Positions 48,197-56,469 of a DNA stretch of 64,000 bases are shown in pieces. Origin of the DNA: Candidatus Latescibacterota bacterium (GTDB lineage Bacteria; Latescibacterota; UBA2968; UBA8231); NCBI GenBank assembly GCA_965217585.1, contig OZ244561.1, positions 6,336,001-6,400,000 of the forward strand. Reading direction: 5' to 3'. Each line of letters begins with the position of its first letter. Position 1 is the stretch's first letter. Under the pieces are notes generated by a model that was not told where the DNA came from, did no database searches, and worked only from the letters and a program-made list of their open reading frames with translations. A program made the translations under genes and the position numbers.

Positions 48197-49099
48197 ATGG
48201 CTACGTTTAACGGGGGCCGAATGGTTACCCTTTTTCTTTCCGTGTTGTTTGCTCTGAACGTGTCTTTCGCTCAGGATGACTGGGAGACAGTTGTTGTCTA
48301 TATGGTGGATCCTATTGATGAGCAACTTGCCCCGGAAGTGGAGGAGTATATAGCCAAATGGAATGACCCTTTAACTTGGGAGACTTTTGAGGATGATTTT
48401 ACTCCAGCGAGGGAAGGTCAAATGGCTGAGGTGGCTCGGGACAATGAAGCGCGGATTCAAGCAGCTAAGGATTTCTTAATGGACGATCTGAGGGAGCGAG
48501 GAGATGGTACAAGCAGTTGGTATCCGTCTTGGATTCCTTTATCTGCTGCTAAGGCTGCGGAGGACTCGCTTTTCAAGAATATTCTAAGCCTTCCGGGGAG
48601 GACGTACGATGCCGGTGGAAGGGTTGGCCAAGCACAGCTCCTGGAAGAGTTTTTCGAACTGGACGGAGAGGAGCCTTACGGACTGAATGCTGATGGCTCT
48701 CAAAAACTTCGGTCCTGTGAGGATAGAAAGCGGCGCTGTCGCAAGGAGTTTTATAGAGATTTCAGGGTATTGGTTGAAATCCACGACGCGTCCCAAAGCT
48801 CAGAGACTGCTCCTCGCCTTATTTCGTTTACGATTGAGGTGAAGTCTTCTAAAAGCCGCACACCTACTGAGGGTGGTGGTTTTGTGGACGAACTAAATGA
48901 ACAAGAAAGCGCGGAACCAGGGGTAGAGACTACGTACGCGGAATTTCGCTGGGAAAGTATTCGGCTTTTGCAGCCGGCGGTTATGGACCCAGATCCTTAT
49001 GTGATTGATAGTAGCCCTTATAAAACGCCTGCGGCTAAGCCTGTCTCTTCTGAGACTTCCTCTTGGGGCCGTATCAAGGCGACATTCGCCGCCGATTAA
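48197..49099 (+). CDS. Secreted hypothetical protein with C-terminal SSWGRIKATF motif
   Basis: RBS GAGGAGG, signal peptide ending VSFA-Q, acidic body, low GC. Confidence 0.75.
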   Translation: MATFNGGRMVTLFLSVLFALNVSFAQDDWETVVVYMVDPIDEQLAPEVEEYIAKWNDPLTWETFEDDFTPAREGQMAEVARDNEARIQAAKDFLMDDLRERGDGTSSWYPSWIPLSAAKAAEDSLFKNILSLPGRTYDAGGRVGQAQLLEEFFELDGEEPYGLNADGSQKLRSCEDRKRRCRKEFYRDFRVLVEIHDASQSSETAPRLISFTIEVKSSKSRTPTEGGGFVDELNEQESAEPGVETTYAEFRWESIRLLQPAVMDPDPYVIDSSPYKTPAAKPVSSETSSWGRIKATFAAD

Positions 49100-49108
49100 C
49101 CTGTGTGA

Positions 49109-49145
49109 TAAGTCCCGGCTGGGCAATAGGTCTGGCCGGGACTTA
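49109..49145 (+). terminator. Hairpin downstream of the secreted-protein gene
   Basis: 11-bp inverted repeat taagtcccggc / gccgggactta. Weak U-tract. Confidence 0.55.
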
Positions 49146-49232
49146 ATAGCGCTCAAAGGCCCGTTTGCTGCTGCCTTTGAGCGCATACAGCATCGCCAGC
49201 TAAGCTAGCTCCATTCCTTCCCCTCACCATCT

Positions 49233-49255
49233 CCCTAAAAAGCGATGGACGACTC
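49233..49255 (+). repeat. 23-bp direct repeat, left copy
   Basis: ccctaaaaagcgatggacgactc, identical to 52717-52739. Confidence 0.9.
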
Positions 49256-49310
49256 AACTCAAACTAGAAGTAATTTAACCCGAACTCACGTTAGATAGGG
49301 AGATTCTTTT

Positions 49311-52300
49311 ATGAGATTTCTAATGCTATGTCTGATGGGCTTGATGCTTTCTGTTCAAGCGAATACGGCGCAGCAATCCACTGTTTCCGGGCAGGTGCGG
49401 CTTGCCGATGGGCGGCCAGTGGCCGGAGCACAAGTGACGCTCTTTGACTTGGCTGATTTGCATCGAGGCGCGGTGGCACGGGCGATGACCGATGAGTCTG
49501 GGTTTTTCGCGCTGCCGCTGGCGTCGTTGGGCGGGCCGGCATTGCCGCAGGGATTTGCCCTGGGACATAATTACCCCAACCCATTCAACCCTTCGACCCT
49601 GATCCCCTATCAACTGCCCACGGCTACGCACGTGCGGCTCGATGTGTTTAACGTGTTGGGACAGCATGTTGCGACGCTGGTGGACGCGGAGCGGCCTGCC
49701 GGTTTTCACACGGCGAAGTGGGATGCGACCGATGCGGCGGGACAGGCGATGGCAGCTGGGGTGTATCTCTATCGGTTGACGGCGGGTGGACAGCAGCAGA
49801 TCCAGCGGATGGTGCTCATTGACGGGCAGGCGGGGATCGCGGCGGGGGCTTCCTCGTCAGTGGCGGCTATGTCCACGGACGCGGTGGAGCGGAAATATGG
49901 CCTCGTTGTTTCAGGCGAGGGCTTGACGACCTACACGGATGCAGCGTTTGGAGTGCGAGTGGGGATGGCAGCGGTAGAGTTGGTCGTGGATGCGGCACCG
50001 TTGACGAGTGGCAACGCGCTGGCAGAGGACATTTTGGGAGATGTGAATAACGATAGACAGGTGAGTCTGGAAGACGCGATGCTTGTGGGGGTGTCCCGCT
50101 CCAATCCGTCGATTGCCATGCCGAACAACGGCAGTATTCTCTTGGGGGATGTCAACGGCGATGGGGCAGTCAATGGGACGGACGTGCTGGTGATTATGAG
50201 GTATGTATCGAATCCGTTGGATGGGGCACTGCCTGCGGGGATCGGTCAAAGGATAGCGAGCGGGAAACGGGTTTCGGACGGCTCAGATGTGCTCAATCTG
50301 ACCAACCACGAGAAGGCGGATAGGCAGCCTGCTTGGTCTCCCGATGGCCGCCAAATCGCCTTCTCGTCTAATCGCGACGGCGGTGATGGTGATATTTACG
50401 TGATGGACTCGGACGGCAAGAAAGTGCTCAATCTGACCAACCACGAGAAGGCGGATAGGCAGCCTGCTTGGTCTCCCGATGGCCGCCAAATCGCCTTCTC
50501 GTCTAATCGCGACGGCAATTTTGATATTTACGTGATGGACTCGGACGGCAAGAAAGTGCTCAATCTGACCAACCACGAGATGACGAATGAGCAGAGCCCT
50601 GCTTGGTCTCCCGATGGCCGCCAAATCGCCTTCTCGTCTAATCGCGACGGCAATTTTGATATTTACGTGATGGACTCGGACGGCAAGAAAGTGCTCAATC
50701 TGACCAACCACGAGATGACGAATGAGCAGAGCCCTGCTTGGTCTCCCGATGGCCGCCAAATCGCCTTCTCGTCTAATCGCGACGGCAATTTTGATATTTA
50801 CGTGATGGACTCGGACGGCAAGAAAGTGCGCAATCTAACCAAACACGGTAGGCGGGATCATCAGAGCCTTACTTGGTCTCCCGATGGCCGCCGCATCGCC
50901 TTTTCGTCTAATCGCGACGGCGGTGATGATGATATTTACGTGATGGACTCGGACGGCAAGAATGTGCACCGGCTAACCAAACACAAGAAGGAAGATATAC
51001 TTCCTGCTTGGTCTCCCGGCGGCCGCATCGCCTTCTCGTCTGATCGCGACGGCAATGTGGAGATTTATGTGATGGAAGTGGACGTGATGGATGGTGACGG
51101 CGATGGGGGTACACCCAGCTTTGAGGGTGAGCCGGTTGCCGATCGGACGGTTGTTGCAGGGGAAGCGATGCCCCGGCTGGAGTTGCCTATGGCTTTGGGT
51201 GGCGACGGCGATTTGACCTATAGCTTGTCGCCGGAGGTGCCGGGTTTGACGTTTGATGCGGCGACTCGGACGCTTTTGGGCACGCCGACGGAAGCCGGAG
51301 TCTATGCGTTGACCTACCGGGTGGAGGATAGCGACGGCGATGCCGATGAGTTGACCGTCACGGTGACCGTCACGGTGACCGTTGATGAGGAGCCGATGTT
51401 CGCGGTCGCGGACACGGTTGCGGTTGCCGATCGGACGGTTGTTGCAGGGGAAGCGATGCCCCGGCTGGAGTTGCCTATGGCTTTGGGTGGCGACGGCGAT
51501 TTGACCTATAGCTTGTCGCCGGAGGTACCGGGTTTGACGTTTGATGCGGCGACTCGGACGCTTTTGGGCACGCCGACGGAAGCCGGAGTCTATGCGTTGA
51601 CCTACCGGGTGGAGGATAGCGACGGCGATGCCGATGAGTTGACCGTCACGGTGACCGTCACGGTGACCGTTGATGAGGAGCCGATGTTCGCGGTCGCGGA
51701 CACGGTTGCGGTTGCCGATCGGACGGTTGTTGCAGGGGAAGCGATGCCCCGGCTGGAGTTGCCTATGGCTTTGGGTGGCGACGGCGATTTGACCTATAGC
51801 TTGTCGCCGGAGGTACCGGGTTTGACGTTTGATGCGGCGACTCGGACGCTTTTGGGCACGCCGACGGAAGCCGGAGTCTATGCGTTGACCTACCGGGTGG
51901 AGGATAGCGACGGCGATGCCGATGAGTTGACCTTTACCTTGGAAGTCGATGGCATACCCAGCTTTGAGGGTACGGCGGAGCTTCTAGGGGGTGCGTCGAT
52001 GGAGTTTGTGTGGATCGAGCCGGGGGTGTTTCAGATGGGGTCGAATACGGGTCGGAAAGATGAAAGTCCGGTGCATGAGGTGGAGATTAGTCGTGGTTTT
52101 TGGTTGGGAAAGTATGAGATCACGCAGGGTCAGTGGAAGTCGGTGATGAATGATGAGCCTTGGTCTGGTCGGGACAAAGTTGAGCCAAATCCATCTCATC
52201 CGGCGGTGATTATTTCTTGGGATGAAGTGCATGAGTTTATCGGTCGTCTGAATGAGGAAGCGGGCGAGGATTTGTATCGTCTTCCAACGGAGGCGGAGTG

Positions 52301-52685
52301 GGAGTATGTGTGTCGAGCGGGGACGCAGACGCGGTGGTCGTTTGGGGATGACGAGAGCCTACTGACGGATTATGCGTGGTATCATGGTAATAATTATCCT
52401 ACTAAAGGAGCAAAAGCGGTAGGTGGTAAGTTGCCGAATCCTTGGGGCCTGTATGATATGCACGGGAATGTTTGGGAGTGGGTTTGGGATTGGTATGACG
52501 AGGAGTATTATAATAGGTCGGTTCGGGAAGACCCTCTGGGACCTACATCCGGCCTTGGTCGCGCCATCCGGGGTGGCCATTTCGGCCATAACGACGGTGT
52601 GCGGTCGGCGTATCGCCACTTCCACTCGCCCGACTCCCGCAGCTATACCATTGGCGCACGCCTGCTCAGGATCGCGGGGGATTAA
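49311..52685 (+). CDS. Large modular secreted protein: signal peptide, carboxypeptidase-regulatory-like Ig, FlgD-Ig, dockerin-like, TolB-like PD40 propeller, 3 He_PIG-like Ig repeats, FGE/SUMF1 (C-lectin fold) domain
   Basis: NYPNPFNPST; GDVNND and GDVNGDGAVNGTD; six PAWSPDG-type repeats; three PGLTFDAATRTLLGTPT repeats; FQMGS, RLPTEAEWEY, NPWGLYDMHGNVWEW and RGG...IGARL. Confidence 0.92.
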   Translation: MRFLMLCLMGLMLSVQANTAQQSTVSGQVRLADGRPVAGAQVTLFDLADLHRGAVARAMTDESGFFALPLASLGGPALPQGFALGHNYPNPFNPSTLIPYQLPTATHVRLDVFNVLGQHVATLVDAERPAGFHTAKWDATDAAGQAMAAGVYLYRLTAGGQQQIQRMVLIDGQAGIAAGASSSVAAMSTDAVERKYGLVVSGEGLTTYTDAAFGVRVGMAAVELVVDAAPLTSGNALAEDILGDVNNDRQVSLEDAMLVGVSRSNPSIAMPNNGSILLGDVNGDGAVNGTDVLVIMRYVSNPLDGALPAGIGQRIASGKRVSDGSDVLNLTNHEKADRQPAWSPDGRQIAFSSNRDGGDGDIYVMDSDGKKVLNLTNHEKADRQPAWSPDGRQIAFSSNRDGNFDIYVMDSDGKKVLNLTNHEMTNEQSPAWSPDGRQIAFSSNRDGNFDIYVMDSDGKKVLNLTNHEMTNEQSPAWSPDGRQIAFSSNRDGNFDIYVMDSDGKKVRNLTKHGRRDHQSLTWSPDGRRIAFSSNRDGGDDDIYVMDSDGKNVHRLTKHKKEDILPAWSPGGRIAFSSDRDGNVEIYVMEVDVMDGDGDGGTPSFEGEPVADRTVVAGEAMPRLELPMALGGDGDLTYSLSPEVPGLTFDAATRTLLGTPTEAGVYALTYRVEDSDGDADELTVTVTVTVTVDEEPMFAVADTVAVADRTVVAGEAMPRLELPMALGGDGDLTYSLSPEVPGLTFDAATRTLLGTPTEAGVYALTYRVEDSDGDADELTVTVTVTVTVDEEPMFAVADTVAVADRTVVAGEAMPRLELPMALGGDGDLTYSLSPEVPGLTFDAATRTLLGTPTEAGVYALTYRVEDSDGDADELTFTLEVDGIPSFEGTAELLGGASMEFVWIEPGVFQMGSNTGRKDESPVHEVEISRGFWLGKYEITQGQWKSVMNDEPWSGRDKVEPNPSHPAVIISWDEVHEFIGRLNEEAGEDLYRLPTEAEWEYVCRAGTQTRWSFGDDESLLTDYAWYHGNNYPTKGAKAVGGKLPNPWGLYDMHGNVWEWVWDWYDEEYYNRSVREDPLGPTSGLGRAIRGGHFGHNDGVRSAYRHFHSPDSRSYTIGARLLRIAGD
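50289..51076 (+). repeat. Six coding tandem repeats of 132-138 bp (PD40 blades)
   Basis: Unit starts at 50289, 50424, 50556, 50691, 50826 and 50964, with long identical stretches. Confidence 0.9.
51133..51932 (+). repeat. Three near-identical coding tandem repeats with a 288-bp period (Ig domains)
   Basis: Unit starts at 51133, 51421 and 51709. The third unit is truncated. Internal 12-bp gaccgtcacggt tandem. Confidence 0.92.
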
Positions 52686-52716
52686 TTGCCTATTGCCACC
52701 AACCTAAAAAAACCGG

Positions 52717-52739
52717 CCCTAAAAAGCGATGGACGACTC
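52717..52739 (+). repeat. 23-bp direct repeat, right copy
   Basis: Identical to 49233-49255. Both copies are followed shortly by aactagaa. Confidence 0.9.
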
Positions 52740-52828
52740 CAACTAGAATCGACATTTCACCTCCTTGACAAGAGGGCATATAGGGGACAAGAAGGGAAGT
52801 ACCTTCATCTCTTCGCGGCAGATCAACT

Positions 52829-52871
52829 GAGCCCTCGGGCGGCCTTCGCGGCGTCCAAGGGGTCTTTTTTT
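52829..52871 (+). terminator. Probable intrinsic terminator
   Basis: Imperfect GC-rich stem gagccctcgggcggcc...ggcgtccaaggggtc followed by T7. Confidence 0.6.
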
Positions 52872-52947
52872 AGAGTCCTAATAAAAGGCGGGGTCTGCTC
52901 CTAATTCGATTCGGGCGTCTGCCCGACCAGCGGGCGAGGCGCCCGCG

Positions 52948-53017
52948 GTAGGGGCAACCTTTGTGGTTGCCCACATCTCGACCGAACCTCCGGGGCATCC
53001 ACTAGGGGTCCCCCTAC
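52948..53017. repeat. GTAG-type REP doublet in inverted orientation
   Basis: gtaggggcaacctttgtggttgccc (52948-52972) and the reverse complement of 52993-53017 (gtagggggacccctagtggatgccc) match at 20/25. Confidence 0.7.
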
Positions 53018-54121
53018 TCAATCCAAATAACCCAACCTCCTCAGCCGCTGCTCTAACACCTCGCGGTCGGCGTCCGGGGAGAACCCCGCTTGTACATAGC
53101 TAGAAGCCGTTCTGAGTGCCGCGTACGCTTGGTGGTATGGGCGCGTGTCCAGCGCCGCGAGTGGCCGCTCGCTAAACGTTTCGACCAAGGTCTCGCGCTG
53201 GGTCGATTGATCACAGGTGAATTTGACGCTGGCATCGAAGAGAGACCATTGGCGGCCGTGTTGTGCGGCTGGGCCGGGGTCAATTTCGGCTAAGTAGTAC
53301 TTGGGTGGGGAAGGGGTGCGGATGTCGCGGGCAAAGCCGTCGTAGGGATAATCCAACTGCAACAGCGATAAAAAAGTCGGGAATAGATCCATCAGCGAGA
53401 TGAGGTTGCGCCCGACAGGTTCTTCCGAGGGAAGTCGGTAGTACAAAGGCACCCGTAGCACGTCGTTGCACAAGGTCTGGCCGTGATAGGGTTCGTCGGC
53501 TCGCCAGCTCTGGCCGTGGTCGCTGATGATGAAAACGGCCCACGTGCTCAGGTCCAAGGCGGCCAACAGCCAAGCGATGTGCCGCTCAAAGAGCTGTTCA
53601 ATGGCAGCGCGATAGCGCGTCTGCACCGCGTCAATGCGCCCAGCCGCTAGTAGCTGGCCCACCTCGCCAAAGGCCAACCCGTCTGCGGCGCCGTAAGGGG
53701 GATGAACGCTCCAGTAATGAACAAAGAGAGCGGTCGGCTCGCGGCGTTGTAGCCAGCCGGCGAGTTGCTCGTCGGCTGGCAAGGGGGCGATGTGGTCGGC
53801 GTAGCTCAGGCCGGTGAAAATGTCCGGGGCCTCTGAGAACGCGCCGACCGCATAGCCGGCTCGACGGCAAAGGGCGAAGAGGTCGGCAAAGCCCTGCCGC
53901 ATAGCGGGCGACTGCTGGCCTTCGATGCCGTGTTCAAACGGGTACAGCCCGGTAAAAAGCGAAGTGTGGACCGGACGAGTCGCCGAAGAAACCGAAAAAC
54001 AGTGCTGGCAAATGCGAAAATCGCTCGTCAAAGCGGAAAATCGGGGCGTGCGCACGGCCGCACTGACGCCAGGGGCAAAATCCAAGCGCAGGCTATCGAC
54101 CGAAATCAACAGCAGGTTCAT
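53018..54121 (-). CDS. Sulfatase-like hydrolase (alkaline phosphatase superfamily)
   Basis: Motifs LLISVDSLRLD, TRPVHTSLFTG, HYWSVHPPY, SDHG and LRRLGYL. Confidence 0.85.
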   Translation of the reverse strand: MNLLLISVDSLRLDFAPGVSAAVRTPRFSALTSDFRICQHCFSVSSATRPVHTSLFTGLYPFEHGIEGQQSPAMRQGFADLFALCRRAGYAVGAFSEAPDIFTGLSYADHIAPLPADEQLAGWLQRREPTALFVHYWSVHPPYGAADGLAFGEVGQLLAAGRIDAVQTRYRAAIEQLFERHIAWLLAALDLSTWAVFIISDHGQSWRADEPYHGQTLCNDVLRVPLYYRLPSEEPVGRNLISLMDLFPTFLSLLQLDYPYDGFARDIRTPSPPKYYLAEIDPGPAAQHGRQWSLFDASVKFTCDQSTQRETLVETFSERPLAALDTRPYHQAYAALRTASSYVQAGFSPDADREVLEQRLRRLGYLD

Positions 54122-54402
54122 GGTTGGTGTTGGACGATTCTGCTCTTTACGGCGTTAGAGGGTTTTAAGGTCGGGGTTTTGCGCCTGGGGATTGCGATGG
54201 TCGCACCGGCTTTGGGATTGCGGCCGGTGCGCGGTGCGCGCTCCACGACCTTGAAGGTGCCAAAGCCGCGGATTTCGACGTGGTCACCCGCTTCCAACGC
54301 TTGGGCTATGGCTTCGATGAAACCCTCGATAACGGCCGTGGTGTCCACTTGGGAGAGTCCAGTGCTCTGGGCTAGCTGCTGAGCGATTTCGGCTTTAGTC
54401 AT
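54118..54402 (-). CDS. HU/IHF family DNA-binding protein
   Basis: Motifs MTKAEI, IRGFGTF and GRNPK. Confidence 0.93.
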   Translation of the reverse strand: MTKAEIAQQLAQSTGLSQVDTTAVIEGFIEAIAQALEAGDHVEIRGFGTFKVVERAPRTGRNPKAGATIAIPRRKTPTLKPSNAVKSRIVQHQP

Positions 54403-54430
54403 GTGCTTTCTCCGTTGTGGTTAGTCGGCA

Positions 54431-55528
54431 TCAGCGCAAGAGGCCCCGCGCCGAGATGTCCCATATTTTCTCCACGCGCCCCTTGCGGATGGCGACGAAG
54501 TAATTGTGGAGGAAAGTTGTCGAATCCGAATAGCCGACGAGCAATTCGATCCGCTCGCCCAAGGCCGGCCCGGCTTGGCCTTCTGCGATGTCGAAGATGC
54601 CGTGTTCAGCAGACAGGCCGCGCAAGCGCAGATCGTCTCGACCCAGCACCTCCGGTGGCTGGTGGCCGGAAGACAGCGTCTTAAAGCCGGCATCGACGAC
54701 GACTCGGTCAGCCGCGCGACTGGTGACCGAGGTGAGCACCGTTAAGGCGGGGGTGAGCGCTTCGACGTGACATTTCCGGCGATACATGACGTCCATGAAC
54801 ACGCCACCGCCGGCTTGGAGTTCAGTGACCCCGTCGTGAAGGGCGCTGAGCTCGTATGAGCCCGTGCCGCCGGCAGTGACGATCTCTACCGACATGCCAT
54901 TGTCTTCCAATAAGTTGCGCGATTCCACTAATATATCCAGTGCTTGGTAACAGGCCTTTTGCTTGGCCGGGAGTGGCCAGCAGTCGAGCACGTGGCCCTC
55001 GTAGCCCATCAGGCCCCTGAACGCCAGCCCAGGTTGGTCGCTAATGGCTTTGGACAAGGCGAGAAGAGGGGGGCCAGGCTCCACGCCGACCCGCTTCATG
55101 CCAATGTCGATCTCCACGACCACGGGGATGCGGATTCCCTCGGCGTCGGCGGCTGCGGCCATAGGTTCAACGACGGCGATATTATCGACTGCGGCAATGA
55201 CTTCGGCTTGGTGTTGCAGGCGGGCTAGGGCGGCGAATTTCACCGGACTGACGATCTGGTTGGCTAGCAAGATGGAGGATACGCCATGTGCGACCATCCA
55301 CTCGGCTTCGCTCAATTTGGCGCAGGTGATGCCACAGGCCCCATTAGCCAACTCGATGTGGGCTATGGCCGGGGATTTGTGTGCCTTGCTGTGGGGCCGC
55401 CATGCCTTGCCGTTGGCGCGGCAATACGCGGCCAAGTGCCGCACATTGGATTCAAAACGCTCGAGATCGAGCAGCAGCACTGGGGTCTCTAAATCGTCAA
55501 TTGCTTGGCCAGGTGCGGGTATATTCAC
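54431..55528 (-). CDS. DSD1 family PLP enzyme (D-threonine aldolase/D-serine dehydratase-like)
   Basis: Motifs WRPHSKAHK, GLMGYEGH, GGTGSY, DAGFK and SAEHG. Confidence 0.88.
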   Translation of the reverse strand: MNIPAPGQAIDDLETPVLLLDLERFESNVRHLAAYCRANGKAWRPHSKAHKSPAIAHIELANGACGITCAKLSEAEWMVAHGVSSILLANQIVSPVKFAALARLQHQAEVIAAVDNIAVVEPMAAAADAEGIRIPVVVEIDIGMKRVGVEPGPPLLALSKAISDQPGLAFRGLMGYEGHVLDCWPLPAKQKACYQALDILVESRNLLEDNGMSVEIVTAGGTGSYELSALHDGVTELQAGGGVFMDVMYRRKCHVEALTPALTVLTSVTSRAADRVVVDAGFKTLSSGHQPPEVLGRDDLRLRGLSAEHGIFDIAEGQAGPALGERIELLVGYSDSTTFLHNYFVAIRKGRVEKIWDISARGLLR

Positions 55529-56469
55529 GGTGTAGATAGCCTCCAGTTGCCGGGGTTGAGCAGGGTTGAATCCGCGACCGAGATTGCGCGCACGGCTGCT
55601 ACTATATCGGGTGGTAGGGGACCGGCCTCGACCGCGCGGATATTGGCTTCGAGTTCGGAGACACTCGTAGTGCCGAAGATAGCTGAATGAGCGCCGGGAG
55701 CAAAGGCGGCAAAGCGCAAAGCCAGTTCGGCCAGCCCCATGCCTGCGTCCTGTGCTAGCCGTAGCAAGGGAGCGGCCAAGGGGGACAGACCAGCCAACGT
55801 GGCCGGGAGCGAGTCGAGCCGATGAGACAGGACGCCTTGGAGGAAGATGGAGCGCAGGAGGACGCCCGTGCCCTGCGCTCGGGCGCGGGGGAGCACCTTG
55901 CGTTCCATCCGGCGGTCGAGCGCGCTATACGGTATTTGCAGCGTGCAAATTAGCTCGGGATAATCTAAGGCATCGAGCGGTGCCTCTTCGCCGTACGTCG
56001 TAACGCCCCAATAGCGCACCCAGCCGCGTTGGCTGTACTGCGCTAGTAGGTCCAGCAGTTCCGGGGTTGCAAAGCGCGTGTCGAGGCTGTGCAACTGTAC
56101 GAGTTCGAGCACATCGACGCCGAGCGTCTGCAAGCTCTGGCGCAGCGACTGCTCGACGGACTGGCGCAACGCCTGCCCGGTCAACAGCCGAGCGCTGTCG
56201 GCATCGCGGATGGAGAGCTTGGTCGCAATCACGGGCCGCCGCTGCAGCCCGGCACACGCGCGGCCCACGAGACTTTCACTGCGGCCGTACATCGCGGCCG
56301 TGTCGATGTAGTTGATGCCTAGCTCCAGGGCGCGGCGGATCAGGCCAATCACACGGTGATCCGGCGGCGGCGGCTGGTGGTCCCAGCCATACGCCATGCC
56401 CAATTGCACGGTGCCAAGGCCCAAGGCGGACAGGCGCAAATTCGTGCGGCCTAGGTTTGCGTATTGCAA
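55525..56469 (-). CDS. Aldo/keto reductase
   Basis: Motifs LGRTNL, LGLGTVQLG, IDTAAMYGRSE and ATK. TTG start inferred. Confidence 0.88.
   Translation of the reverse strand: MQYANLGRTNLRLSALGLGTVQLGMAYGWDHQPPPPDHRVIGLIRRALELGINYIDTAAMYGRSESLVGRACAGLQRRPVIATKLSIRDADSARLLTGQALRQSVEQSLRQSLQTLGVDVLELVQLHSLDTRFATPELLDLLAQYSQRGWVRYWGVTTYGEEAPLDALDYPELICTLQIPYSALDRRMERKVLPRARAQGTGVLLRSIFLQGVLSHRLDSLPATLAGLSPLAAPLLRLAQDAGMGLAELALRFAAFAPGAHSAIFGTTSVSELEANIRAVEAGPLPPDIVAAVRAISVADSTLLNPGNWRLSTP

Noticed and set aside
50289-51932. Regularly spaced repeats as a possible CRISPR array
   Set aside because: Units are 132-288 bp, in frame, and encode PD40 and Ig domains. There are no unique spacers and no cas genes.
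52686-52904. 72-aa ORF or small RNA after the FGE gene
   Set aside because: No RBS. It crosses the direct repeat and the terminator, and the TTGACA at 52765 lacks a credible -10.
45709-53017. Complete DGR cassette in island 2
   Set aside because: No reverse transcriptase, Avd gene or template repeat was found in the window. Only the target-like signature is reported.
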